A stretch of 64,000 bases of DNA, taken from Octopus vulgaris. Its lineage: Eukaryota. Positions within the stretch are counted from its first letter, which is position 1. The number at the start of each line of letters is the position of its first letter. This document shows positions 25,621 through 39,220 of this stretch, piece after piece. The position numbers and the translations under genes were made by a program. Where the stretch lies: NCBI GenBank assembly GCA_951406725.2, contig OX597839.1, positions 3,224,001 through 3,288,000 of the forward strand. Direction: 5' to 3'. The notes under the pieces were generated by a model that did no database searches, had not been told where the DNA came from, and saw nothing but the letters and a program-made list of their open reading frames with translations.

Positions 25621-26873
25621 CTTTTACTTGTTTCAGTCATTATACAGCAGCCATACTGGAACACCGCTTTGAAGAATTTCTAGTGAAATAGAACCCTAGT
25701 TCTATGATATAGATGTAAAAACTTGTAATCTAAATTTTCCGCCCCCAAAAAATTAAATTTATACCCACGTAATTCGAAGATTTACACACATACATACTTA
25801 CATTTATACACACACAGAAACATATACATACATACATATATACATATACATAATATATATATATATATATCATAAATATTAAAAGGTTTACATTTCATTA
25901 TCGTTGTTTGAAACATTAAAACATCAACAACCAACCACCACCACGATTAAGAAAAAAATAAAAATAGCTTTATCGAAAATTTACCGTCTGCCAACACTGC
26001 TAAACTCTGTTCAATTCAATAGCCTTTGTTGAAATTTGATCGTCTGAAAAACAAGACTCATTTCTGAAAAGAAAAAATAAGTATACGGAAATGGAAAAAA
26101 AAATAAGATGAAAGACAAGTAAAAATTGAAACACTAAAACGTTATTTTGAGCGATGTTGACTTCTTGTATACAAACTGGTGGAACCAAATTATGTAAACG
26201 GGTACATAATATTCTTAATATTTGCATATTTATAAGTATTTTTAATTTTAATTGATTGTTTTTTTTTTCTTTTCCAACAATCCATCCCTCTATTTAGCAT
26301 TCCATCCATTCGATTAAATATTTATATATATAAATATTTACATATTTTCTGAAATTATATTCTGTAGACATCTCACAAAAATATCATGAGTTTCCTATTT
26401 ATAGTAAATAGATTTAAAAGGTGAAACAATTTCACTAACAACAAAAACAACAACGACACAGACAACAACTCAATAGAAATAATAATGATAATTAATAATA
26501 ATTATCATTAATAATAATAATTATTAAAATAATAATAATAATAATAAATTCAGCGTTAATAATCTTTCTCATGTGAGAACTTTGATATCTTCAACAAAAG
26601 AGGATGGCGAAGATAATGATGTTAAGGACGATAACGAGGAGAATGGAGATGACAATGGCAACGATGTTGATGAAGATGACGATGCTGGAGATAATAATGA
26701 AGATGATGGAAATCGAGATACTTACAGTTATGACGATGACGAAAAGAAGAAAACAACGATGATGAAACGAAAGTGAAAAGTGTTTGGTAAATATTAAACT
26801 TAAAACAAAATTATTATAAGAAATATTGAATTTCTAAATCTCTCGTAGAGACATGTACGGTGGTGGGGCGATA

Positions 26874-27136
26874 GAATGGTTGTATACTGTCAATCTAACA
26901 AGAACGTGACAGTAGGGGGTACACCACCGCTGTATAGCCTAGGAAGCATCGAACGCCTCCTGATGGCTTTGACACATTTTTCCCTGTGTCCTTATATACA
27001 TTTCGTAAATGTATATAAGGACACAGGGAAAATGTGTCAAAGCCATCAGGAGGCGTTCGATGCTTCCTAGGGCTACACAGTGGTGGTGTACCCCCTACTG
27101 TCACGTTCTTGTTAGATTGACAGTATACAACCATTC
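26874..27136. repeat. 263-bp near-perfect hairpin (130-bp arms, CGT loop)
   Basis: Arms differ by 2 substitutions and 2 single-base indels. Confidence 0.95.
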
Positions 27137-27647
27137 AAAATTATTATATTTCTAGAAGTATTTATATAAATAAAACATAAGTATTTATATTACAATCTTT
27201 AAGTGGAAATTTCATTGCAATATAAATTTCATTGCGAAAATTGATAAAAAATATCTAAAGTCCGCATAAAAAGTACTAAATTAGCAAGGACTTATTGCGA
27301 AAGAAAGGTAGAAAGTCTTCTTTCTCACCATTTTATGAGAATATTTTATTAAAACACTTAAATGTATATTTTGTTGAAAATGGCGGAGCAAGGAAGAGGA
27401 GAGAAACAATAAATCAATTTCGAATCATTAATATTAGCTGCACTCGATGAAGTACTGGTACCGATGAGATCGGTAGCACAGCTTTGCCCTTCAGTACGAA
27501 ACATATAATCGCATATATGCGCCCCTGAAAGAATGAAAGGCAAAGTCGATCCCGGTAGCATTTGAACTCAGTACATAAAAACAGACCAAATGCTGTAAAG
27601 CATTTTGCCCGGCGTGCTAACGATTCTGTCAGCTTGTTGGATTGATG

Positions 27648-27713
<66 letters not shown>

Positions 27714-27716
<3 letters not shown>

Positions 27717-28307
27717 GCCCTGATGCAGTACCTATGCCCTGATGCAGTACCTATGCCCTGATGCAGTACCAGGCAGTGGATCTCATGGCTTCTGATCTTA
27801 ACTGATTGGAAGTGTTATCATGTACATTGTTTTGTCTTGGTATAAAAGATGGGCTACAGCAAATATTCTGCTCAATACCAGATTTGCTTATCAGTTGTTT
27901 GACCTTAACCAGTTGAGCATGTCCCTTAGTGGCTGACGATATGTGCATCTCTGATCACGAGCAGAAGTAGTGGGGGAGCATCATAGCCATGTATTGAGAG
28001 GAATTCTTTGGGGTTTGAATAATTCACCTCTTGAAACATGGGTGGTTCTTTCAACATCCTTAAACAACCCTTATTCAGGGACCTTTTGAGCGGGATGGGC
28101 TACTCAACCTGAAGAAAATTCTAACTGGGCTCCACCTGCAAGGTCATGTGCTGTTTATCTTGATATGAGATCACCATGTCGCGCACATATGGTTGTGATG
28201 CATGTGCCTGGTGTACCCTTATCAGACGGGTAGTCATGATGGGTATATTGGGCTTCGTATATTTTACCCCAGTGTCACTTTGATGGCATGAACTGCTCTC
28301 TCACTCA
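27714..28307 (+). mobile_element. ~600-bp retroposon family D embedded in (AAT)n
   Basis: A 5'-truncated copy at 34080-34337 (-) shares the 3' end ctctctcactc(AAT)n; another partial copy at ~28570-28702. Confidence 0.7.
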
Positions 28308-28864
28308 ATAATAATAATAATAATAAGGAAAAAGAGATAGAAGAGCTAATAAAACCATATTCCCCTGTTGAATTACTCAGAGACAAAGCTCGAGTTTATA
28401 ATGAACTGAACTCAGCTCAGATTTGATTAAGCTGGGTGAAATGAAAGGAAATGACTACTACTCCCCTCAGACTTTGCCTTTCTGACCTGGACATCAACGT
28501 TTTGAAACTGACCTATTTACCATTACATTTCAGACAGATTCAGTGCTGAGTTTCTGAAACAGAAATGTTATCGCAAATATTCTGTTCAATACCACACATT
28601 TGTTTGTCAGTTGCCTGATCTTGAGCATGACCCTTAGTGGCTGATAATATGTGCATCTCTGATCATGAGCAGGAGAACATTATAGCCATGTGTTGAAAGG
28701 AATATAATCAACTTACACCCTCCCTTAAAATTGCCGGCCTTGTGCCAAAATTTTTAACCAATATATAATAATTTGAAACATTATAATAATTTTAAATATA
28801 TTATTTCTAATTTATATAATCATTACGAATATTGATTTTAAAATTAACCTTCAGACATAATAAT

Positions 28865-29262
28865 GGCTTCAAATTTTGTCACAAGGGTAGCCATTTTGGG
28901 GGAGAGGATAAGTCGATTACATCGACCCTAGTGTTTCACTGATACTTAATTAATCGACCTCGAAAGGATGAAAGGCAAAGTCTACCTCGGCGGAATTTGA
29001 ACTCAGAACGTAACGACGAACGAAATACCTATTTCTTTATTACCCACAAGGGGCTAAACATAGAGGGGACAAACAAGGCCAGACATAGGTATTAAGTCGA
29101 TTATTTCGACCCCAGTGCGTAACTGGTACTTAATTTATCGACCCCGAAAGGATGAAAGGCAAAGTCGACCTCGGTGGAATTTGAACTCAGAACGTAGCGG
29201 CAGACGAAATACTGCTAAGCATTTCGCCCGGTGTGCTAACGATTCTGCCAGCTCGTCGCCTT
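28865..29262 (-). mobile_element. SINE family A dimer
   Basis: Junction gaaatacctatttcttt at ~29022-29038. Confidence 0.88.
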
Positions 29263-29740
29263 TCCACAACTAATCATAATTTCATGCATAATACTACTAA
29301 AATTTATACTTCGAAACATAATACAAACACTAATTCAAAATATTATTATGTTTTCTCACAATATAAATAATAATATCAGCGAATATATTATCAGTTTCAA
29401 AGAATTTAATGATAATTTAAAACATAACAACAATGTTTTGAAGCAATGAAATATATCTTCGAAAATTAAAACGCAATTTTCAAAGTTACAAAAATTATTT
29501 CAAATATTATAAGAATGATAATAATAATTTACCATTCTTTCTGAATATTTCTTTGGGGTTATATTACATTTTTTGTATATAACATTGGGTTTCGAAACAT
29601 ATGTGTTTAAAATTTGAATCCCTATATTTTGTGTCTGTAAACTTACCTGTCTCTAACTTTATTTACTTTAACATTTCAATGGCATTTTGTGTTATATTCA
29701 TATATATATGTGTGAGCATGTGTGAGTGCGAGCGCGTGTG

Positions 29741-29791
<51 letters not shown>

Positions 29792-29798
<7 letters not shown>

Positions 29799-30027
29799 GA
29801 AAGAAGGTTTGAAAATGCAATTTTAAAAGATGTTTATTCACTTGACCGGTTTCGCTTTTTTAGAAAAAGATTGTCAAAAGTAAAATGTAAAAGCTTTGTT
29901 GTGTTAGGTACTGGTTGTCACAAAGCTTTTACATTTTACTTTTGACAATCTTTTTCTAAAAAAGTGAAACCGGTCAAGTGAATAAACATCTTTTAAAATT
30001 GCATTTTCAAACCTTCTTTCATATATA
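29792..30027. repeat. Inverted pair of 108-bp arms (20-nt spacer), each with a hammerhead-like motif
   Basis: One mismatch between arms; actt-TTGACAA-tctttttctaaaaaagy-GAAAC-cg-GTC-aagt at 29938-29979 (+) and 29840-29881 (-). Confidence 0.88.
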
Positions 30028-30270
30028 GTTCCACTCGTGCGGTACCTTACAACTTCACTTTGTTATATATATGTATGTATGTAGGTATGTATGTATTAGA
30101 AAAATGTCTACACAGTCACAATATTTGGTAAAGGGGTGTAGGAAAAAGTCATGCAAAAAATAAGTTCAATGCCCTCCGGAATTGTCAAACACATGCTTCA
30201 ATTTGTCTAAAATTGAATAAAATACATTAAAAAATGATAAATACACTCATAATTGTACATGATGAACAAA

Positions 30271-30316
<46 letters not shown>

Positions 30317-30375
30317 ACGTAATATAAATAAAATGTCAATTGTTTTGGTGTGTGACTTTTGGCCCATCCTGTATG

Positions 30376-31898
30376 TACGAGGTGGTAGCGAGCTGGCAGA
30401 AACGTTAGCACGCCGGGCGAAATGCTTAGCGGTATTTCGTCTGCGTTACGTTGTGAGTTCAAATTCCGCCGAGGTCGACTTTGCCTTTCATCCTTTCGGG
30501 GTCAATAAATTAAGTACCAGTTACGCACTGGGGTCGATGTAATCGACTTAATACCTATGTCTGTCCTTGTTTGTCCCCTCTGTGTTTAACCCCTTGTGGG
30601 TAATAAAGAAATAGGTATCAGAAGGTTCCCAGACTCGTTATGTTTAATAGAAAGTAACTTATTTATCTAAGCTTTATCATCACATCTTTTAAATAGTCAC
30701 ATCTCCTTTTAAATACAGCGGTTCCAGCGTTCCTGCCACATTTGGAATCTGGTCTGGAAGTCATTTTCTGTAATCGAGTCGAGGACCTTCTGCGATTCTC
30801 TCTCGATTTCGACAACGGAGTTAAAACGGTGGCCTTTCAGCAGCATTTTCCTCTTGGGGGAAGAGATAGAAGTCCGCAGGTGCTAAATCTGTTGAATAGG
30901 GCAAATGCGGAAGCGATACCATGTTTTTGGCGAAAAACCCCACGAGTGAGGAGAGCTCGGTGACAGGGTGTATTGTCGTCGTGAAGAATCCAATTCTTCG
31001 CACCCCACAGATCCGGTCACTTTCGCCGAATGTCGTCCCTCAAACGCTTCGAAACGTTGCGGTCTAACTCTTGGTTGACGGTGTGTGCTGGCAGAAACGA
31101 TAGCGCACCAGACGAAATGCTTTAGCGGTATTTCGTCTGCCGTTACGTTCGGAGTTCAAATTCCGCCGAGGTCGACTTTGCCTTTCATCCTTTCGGGGTC
31201 GATTAAATAAGTACCAGTTACACACTGGGGTCGATATAATCGACTTAATACCTATGTCTGTCCTTGTTTGTCCTCTCTGTGTTTATCCCCCTGTGGGTTG
31301 TAAATAAATAGGTATTTCGTCTGCCGTTACGTTCTGAGTTCAAATTCCGCCGAGGTCGACTTTGCCTTTCATCCTTTCGGGGTCGATTAAATAAGTACCA
31401 GTTACGCACTGGGGTCGATATAATCGACTTAATACCCATGTCTGTCCTTGTTTGTCCTCCCTGTGTTTAGCCCCCTGTGGGTAGTAAAGAAATAGATGTG
31501 TCTCTGGGTGATGAATTTGCGATGCACAATACTGCAGATGTCGAAAAACACGATGAGCATTATCTCGATTGTCGTGCCTTTTGAAGCGCCCCGACCCATT
31601 GCCTCTTCAACGTAAGCTTGCCGAAGCCTGCTCAATGTCTCCGTAGCAGACTTCTCAAGTTTAACGCAAAATTTCACGTTGGCTCTTTATTCCAGCTTCC
31701 TGTCCATGACAAAAATTGCAGACTACAGCATACACGTGATCACAAAATTATAAATTTCTCAACTTGCGAAGTAAACACAGCAATATCACTCGGCATACTG
31801 CCTCATGAAAGCCACTACTAGCTCTCACTGCACACATAACCGTGTGCTGCCATCTGTTGGCGCGCTACAGAACTAGTCCGGGAACTTTTTGATACCAC

Positions 31899-31900
<2 letters not shown>
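30376..31900 (-). mobile_element. Internally deleted mariner (DD34D) with both TIRs, interrupted by SINE A at ~30385-30613 and ~31090-31494
   Basis: TIR gtggtatcaaaaagttcccggact; fragments KFCVKLEKSATETL, MLIVFFDI, ILHDDNTPCH, PYSTDLAPADFYLFP. Confidence 0.9.
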
Positions 31901-31976
<76 letters not shown>

Positions 31977-32110
31977 CTATCTAGCTCTATCTATCAATCT
32001 ATCAGTCTATCTATCTATGCATATATGTATGTATGTATTTGTTAATTAAATATATTTAATTATTTGTATGTTTGCGCCAATTTTCATTTCAAGGAACTGA
32101 AGTAGTCACA

Positions 32111-33163
32111 ATGAACGATTCAGTGGATACAAGAAATGGAAGCTTTCTCTACCAATTCAGCACCGAGTACGCGAAATACCACGGTTACCTCAGCCTAGTC
32201 GTATGTTTCTTTGGAATAGTAACCAACATTATCAATATAACGGTTCTGACCAGAAAGCACATGCGCACTCCAGTCAATTTGATCCTCACCTCATTAGCAG
32301 TCGCAGATATACTAACTATGGCCAGTTACCTGCCCTTTTCTTGGCATTTTTACTGCAAGTACCCGAATCCAAATCCTCACCGCAACACATTCGGATGGAT
32401 GCAATTTCTAATATTTCACATCAACTTCACAACCACAACGCACACGGTTTCCGTCTGGTTGGGTGTTCTGCTCGCAATATTCCGCTACCGTCACATACAG
32501 TCTCCAGCGAAAGGAAATCTAACACGCATGCGCAGGATTATTCGTGCTCGTATTAGCGTTTGCCTGACTTACGTGTCGGCGGCACTTCTTCTCGTACCGA
32601 ACTACATATCATACGATTTGATTTTAAAAGACGAGTCCTATTATGTTTTGAAAAGCATTAAAGCCAACACGGACCGATCGTTTTTAGTCAACCTGTGGTT
32701 GTACAGCATCTTGGCCAAGCTTTTACCGTGTATTCTCATGATCGTTTACGGCGGACTTTTGTTACGAACTTTAAAGGCAAAGCTAAAAAACAAGCGCCGC
32801 TTGTCCAGCTTGGCTCCGGCCAATAGTCAACCACGTATACTGGACCATTCTCGCACCACACGGATGCTGCTTGTTGTAGTGATTCTGTTCATTGTCACGG
32901 AACTACCTCAGGCTATCCTGCTCATACTGAGCGCCACTCTAGAAAAATTCTTCGGGGATTACTATACTCCGCTCGGAGATTTAATGGACATTGTAGCCTT
33001 AATAAATAACGCTATAAACTTTGTACTCTACTGTTCAATGAGCCAAGAGTACCGAAGGACGCTCATGCAAATATACTGCTCGGTTCTGTCAACGCAACGT
33101 TCCATCGTCACGCTTGATATGGCACCAGAACTCATCACAAACACTCGTATCAACCTAAGATGA
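32111..33163 (+). CDS. Rhodopsin-family neuropeptide GPCR, myosuppressin-receptor/DMSR-1-like, 350 aa, single coding exon
   Basis: Seven hydrophobic segments; motifs HGYLSLVVCFFG, NITVLTRKHMRTPVNLIL, LAVAD, HTVSVWL, LAIFRY, KLLPCIL, RTTRML, ELPQ, LGDLMD, INFVLYCSMS. N-terminal NDS/NGS sequons. An acceptor (ttttcatttcaag) lies 17 nt before the ATG; the ORF track start at 32072 is intronic. Confidence 0.93.
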   Translation: MNDSVDTRNGSFLYQFSTEYAKYHGYLSLVVCFFGIVTNIINITVLTRKHMRTPVNLILTSLAVADILTMASYLPFSWHFYCKYPNPNPHRNTFGWMQFLIFHINFTTTTHTVSVWLGVLLAIFRYRHIQSPAKGNLTRMRRIIRARISVCLTYVSAALLLVPNYISYDLILKDESYYVLKSIKANTDRSFLVNLWLYSILAKLLPCILMIVYGGLLLRTLKAKLKNKRRLSSLAPANSQPRILDHSRTTRMLLVVVILFIVTELPQAILLILSATLEKFFGDYYTPLGDLMDIVALINNAINFVLYCSMSQEYRRTLMQIYCSVLSTQRSIVTLDMAPELITNTRINLR

Positions 33164-33344
33164 CTACCGAGCAGAATATAATAAAAAAAAAATACATCCA
33201 TGCAAAAAAAACTAACAAACAGAACGAACTGATATATAAAAAGAACAAGACAAAAAAAAAAGAAAAATGACTAAATAAAATTAATTTTCCTTCACCACTA
33301 CTACTGCTGTTGCTGCTGCTGTGCTGCTGCTACTGCTATTATTA

Positions 33345-33384
<40 letters not shown>

Positions 33385-33458
33385 CATTATTATTATTATT
33401 ATTATCGTTTTCTCTTATTGTTTCTATCAGTTTTCATGTTTTTCTTTTTACATTGTTC

Positions 33459-33511
<53 letters not shown>

Positions 33512-33512
33512 A

Positions 33513-33557
<45 letters not shown>

Positions 33558-33558
<1 letters not shown>

Positions 33559-34365
33559 GGCTGGTGGATTTACAGAAGTGTTAGTGCGCCGAGCAAAATG
33601 CCATACGGTATTTTTCTTCCAACTCTTTTCCACAGAGATCAACTTTGCATTTCGTCTCTGTGGGTGGAGGTCGATAAATGAAGTACTGAGTCCGATTTAA
33701 TCAACTCTTCCTCTTCCTGTAAAATTGTTGGCCTTGTACCTAAAACAAAAAACGATTATCATTGTTACTTTTAGTCTTTCCTATTTGCTGTTATTACTAT
33801 CCTTATTGTTACTGTATATTGTTATAATATAAAATATATATCAGTCAGGACTAGAGTCGAAATATTTTGTATTTACCCTTCTCTTAAATAATTGTGGCAT
33901 CTGCATTTGTGTTTTATCGACAACGGAAAGAGGAAAGCAATCCCTCAGGGGTCAGCTTTACCTTTCAGTTGAGCATAAAATAAAACACCTGTTGATTACT
34001 GCAATCAACGAATTCCTCTCCCAAAATTTCAGGTCTTGTACCTCAACCAGAAACAGTTACTATTATTATTATTATTATTGAGTGAGAGAGCAGTGCATGC
34101 CATCAAAGTGACGCTGGGGTACAAATATACGAATTCCAATATACCCGTCATTATTACCCGTCTGATAAGGGTACACCAGACACATGCATCACAATCATAT
34201 GTGCGTGGACATGGTGATCTTATATCAAGATAAACAGCGCATAACCTTGCAGGTGGGGTCCAGTTAGACTTTTCTTCAGATCGAGTAGCCCATTCCGTTC
34301 AAAGGGTTCCTGAATAAGAGTTGTTTAAGGATGTTGTTTTTATTATTATTATTATTATTATTGTT

Positions 34366-34411
<46 letters not shown>

Positions 34412-35217
34412 TCATTATTATTATTATTATTATTGAAAAGGCGGTGAGCTGGCAGATCAGTAGCACGCCGGACAAAGTGCTCAGCAGCTTTTCATCCGGG
34501 TTGAAATCTGGGTTGAAATTCCACCAAGGTCGGCTTTGCCTTTCATCCTTTTGGGGTCGATTAAATAAATACCAATTGAACACAGGGGTCCATGTAATCG
34601 ACTTAGCCCCTCCCCGCAAGATAGCCGGCCTTGTATCAAAACTTGAAAACATTATTATTATTGAGGCGAGCTTGAAGAATCGTTAGAACGCCGGACAAAA
34701 TATTTAGCGGGCATTCCGTCCGTCTTTACCTTCTAAGTTCAAATATCATCGGGGTCGACTTTGCCATTCATCCTTTGGAGATCAATAAAATAAGTACTAG
34801 TCGAGCACTCCCTTCCCACAATTTCAGGCTTTGTACGTATGGTAAAAAGGATTATTATTATTATTAGTAGTAGTAGTATTATTATTTTTATTAATATTAT
34901 TATTATTATTATTATTATTACTACTACTAATACTACTACTATTGTTATTATTATTATTATTATTATCATTATTATTATCATCATCATCATCATCATTATT
35001 AAGGCGGCGAGTTGGCAGAATCGTTAGCGCGCTGGACGAAATTAATAGCAGTATTTCGCCCGTCGCTACGTTCTGAGTTCAAATTCCGCCGAAGTCGACT
35101 TTGCCTTTCATCTTTTCAGCACGTTAAGATAAGTAACAGTTGAACACTGGGGTCGATGTAATCGATTCATCCATTCCCCCAAAGTTACTGCCCTTGTGGA
35201 AAAATTCGAAACCATTA

Positions 35218-35257
<40 letters not shown>

Positions 35258-35460
35258 AACTCCAGGCAAGCAGAAACGTTAGAGCGACTGCAAAATTTGC
35301 GCTGCAGTATCTCTTCCGACTCATTGCATTCTGAATTTAAATCCGACCGTGCTGAACTTTGCCGTTTTTTCCCTTCCAGGTCCATGAAATAAAGCAGTGG
35401 TGTCGATATCATCGACTAACACCTCCTCCGAATTTCTGGCTCTGTGCCTATGTTAGAAAC
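33558..35460 (+). mobile_element. Cluster of degenerate SINE A copies interleaved with (ATT)n/(AAT)n downstream of the GPCR
   Basis: Copies at about 33558, 34438, 34665, 35001 and 35265. Confidence 0.7.
34080..34337 (-). mobile_element. Family D, 5'-truncated copy
   Basis: Reverse complement of ~28052-28307, flanked by (ATT)n. Confidence 0.8.
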
Positions 35461-35762
35461 TATTATTATTATTATTATTATTATGTTGTTTTGCCTTTGC
35501 TTTTATTTGTCCAAGCTGCTCCCAAATCTCGAACCAGAGACGTCAAGGTATAACAGGTGTTTGCATCTAAAGATGCAAGCAGTTGAGGTACCATGCAATT
35601 GAAAATCTAATGTGTGTTATAAAAAATATAATAAATTCTTTTTTATAAAATTTATATGAAAACTGAATGGATAAGATTGTGTTTACAAGAAGAGGAATTT
35701 ACGTCAAATATGTGAGGTTCCCACAAATACGATCTTTTGCAATCCACTTATTTAGGGGCTGC

Positions 35763-35799
<37 letters not shown>

Positions 35800-35989
35800 A
35801 CTTTTTTAGAGCTTCGGCAAAAAATTTTTGCGATATTTGTTCTGGGTCTTTATTTTCTGAATTTAAATCCCGTTGATGTTAACTTTATATATGATTCGTT
35901 CGTTGATAGTATCAGTAAAAATAAACAAAAACAAAAAAGAAAATCCTGCTAGAGTGGAATATAATTTTATATAAAAGTTATGGTTAGAT

Positions 35990-36720
35990 CATTTCAAGTT
36001 TCGTACTTGAAAAGTAGAATATTCAGCCGCGCTTATGTAAGGCATATCATGTATGGTTCAGGTTCGTATCATATGGCTACCCACTGAGAATATACGAGAG
36101 AAGCGTGAAAGAAGTAGAAGAAACACTCTAAGGGAAAGAGAGATAATTCAGTTCTTGGAATTTAGATGTTGTTTCTTTAATCAAGACATAAGTGAGAAGT
36201 TTGCCACTGACAGAAATTTGTCTATATGCCTACATCTTGTAAATATTTCAGCTGAGTGTATATGGCAAACAGTTACATAGTATGGTTTCTCTATGGGAAT
36301 ATATGTCAATACTGAACTTGTAAGTCTTCAATGTATAGGTGTGGTACCTGTCAGAGGCATTTTAATATGAGTGTAACCAAGTGTGGAATTCTTCGACTGA
36401 CAGAAATTTGTCTATATGCCTACATCTTGTAAATATTTCAGCTCTCGAGGTTAAATAATCGGTGCTATTCTTCAGCTTAATGAGGATGTATATTCGTCCG
36501 GCTATATAGAGTCTACAATTCGTGAGCGATTAATGTATGAATTATTTCCCTTTCTCTTAGAGCGTTTCTTCTTTTTTTCGCATATTCTCGTGGATTCTTG
36601 CTGAGTACCCATTTTATAATGAGTCTGAATGTTTGCTGGATCGCACATGGAAATCTTTATATAAGCCCGATTGAATATTGTATTTTTCAAGTACGGAACT
36701 TGAAGTAGATCACCGATAAC
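35990..36720 (-). mobile_element. Penelope-like element remnant: endonuclease C-terminus plus inverted flanking repeats
   Basis: Minus strand SYINRSR/NCRLYIAGRIYIL...YLTSRAEIFTRCRHIDKFL resembles the PLE GIY-YIG tail (C-LC-xEK...LNKRSE-xSKCRH-NKF); 35990-36150 is a diverged inverted copy of ~36540-36715. Confidence 0.65.
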
Positions 36721-36731
36721 TTCTATGTATG

Positions 36732-37810
<1,079 letters not shown>

Positions 37811-38596
37811 TACTGAGAGAAATGATGAATTTTTTTAAAATTTAGTTTCTGTCGCAGCAAACGGCTGAGAGACACGTAATCCCCCGGATCGCGGATAGGG
37901 CGATAGTTCATCTGAAATAATGTTCCCCCAAAACAGAGACAATTTTGTAGATGTGTTCGATCTAGGGGGGTGCATGAACTACTAAATCATCACCGCCAAA
38001 TGTATCCATTTAATTTCGAACACAACCCCATGTAGTTGTTTGGTGTTTAGCCCCATGTCAACCCTATTTTTTAAAAAATCTATTAATGAAAGGCATTCCG
38101 GCCATCACCAGCCCGTCTATTGGAATATTGTATATTTATGACTTCATTGTCCAGTGTAACCTTTCTTTTATTTCACGACAGTAAGATCCAATTTGAAGGG
38201 AATTTCGCTGCTATTATTAGCAGATTTATGGACCGCTCAGAAGTTCCCTTATTGTCTCCATTCTCATTCCTATAGTTGTTTCTGTTCGCAATTATCTTCA
38301 AAGTTTTGTTTTTCCTTTCTATATATATCAGTCGCTTGCTACCAATGTTTCGATATAAAATTTTGAAGATAAAATAAAGCTAAATCGATCGAAATGTTTA
38401 TTTGACTCCAGCCAAAGCAACATCACCACTTTTTGTCTCTTCCTCAAATTTTCTGACGCAGGACAAGAGCCCGAAAAGTTAAATTCTTCACTCCTCATAG
38501 TAACTAGACTAAATGAATTCTTCAGGAAACCTCTCCTCGTATTCTAGATATGAGAACGTAGCAGCAGACGTAATACCTATTTCTTAACTACCCACA

Positions 38597-38961
38597 GGGT
38601 TTGTTTCGACCCTTTAGAATTGGAATTTTTGAAAAGTAAAAATTTTGCATTATGTAGCTTGTTATTCTCTTTAAGTGAACATTTTTCTGGTTGAAATACA
38701 CCAAAAAATGGCGATGCAGCAGTCAAAATTTTGTAAAAAAAATAGGGATTTTCATAGAAAAAAAGCACCTTTTTGATGTAAATAATTTTTGGTGTTAACA
38801 TGGTCCGATTTGAATTTTTTCTTCTATGGAAGGAAGAGCAAGCCTTCTTCTATCATACTCTCAATTTTGGTCAACTTTCGCCGCAGGGTCTCCGAGGAGA
38901 TAGTGTTAGTTGAAGGCTACCAAACCTGCCATACACAGACAACTTTATATAGAGAGAGAGA
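38597..38961 (-). mobile_element. Non-autonomous Helitron family 2, 3' end lost next to a SINE A fragment
   Basis: a|TCtctctctctatataaag start; body matches 52058-52258. Confidence 0.75.
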
Positions 38962-39220
38962 TTCCTTCACATTCTCTCCCTATTTCTCCCTCTCTCTTTA
39001 ATACCAATCACTCTCACTTATTCTCTTTCCTGTTCACTCCACCCTGAAAATCTTTCCAAGAAAAGAACATCAACTTCGTTCTTTCCCTTATTACTCGTTC
39101 TCTCTGACGATCTATCTTTTCGTCTCTTTCTCTTCCTTTTTTATTCTATTTCTCACGCTATTTCCCTCTTGGCCTTTTTGTTCATAACTTCACTTCACCT
39201 CTCCACCACTAACTACTACC

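Noticed and set aside
26573-26776. Acidic 67-aa ORF
   Set aside because: Degenerate (GAT/GAC)n low-complexity tract
32072-32110. Longer GPCR N-terminus from the ORF track
   Set aside because: Starts at a non-ATG codon upstream of a splice acceptor; ATG 32111 is preferred, though an upstream coding exon cannot be excluded
36078-36135. Hammerhead in the PLE remnant (ctgagaa...gaaac)
   Set aside because: Stems I and II could not be paired convincingly
38330-38500. Short minus-strand ORF (MRSEEFNFSG...)
   Set aside because: No recognisable motif or clear splice context
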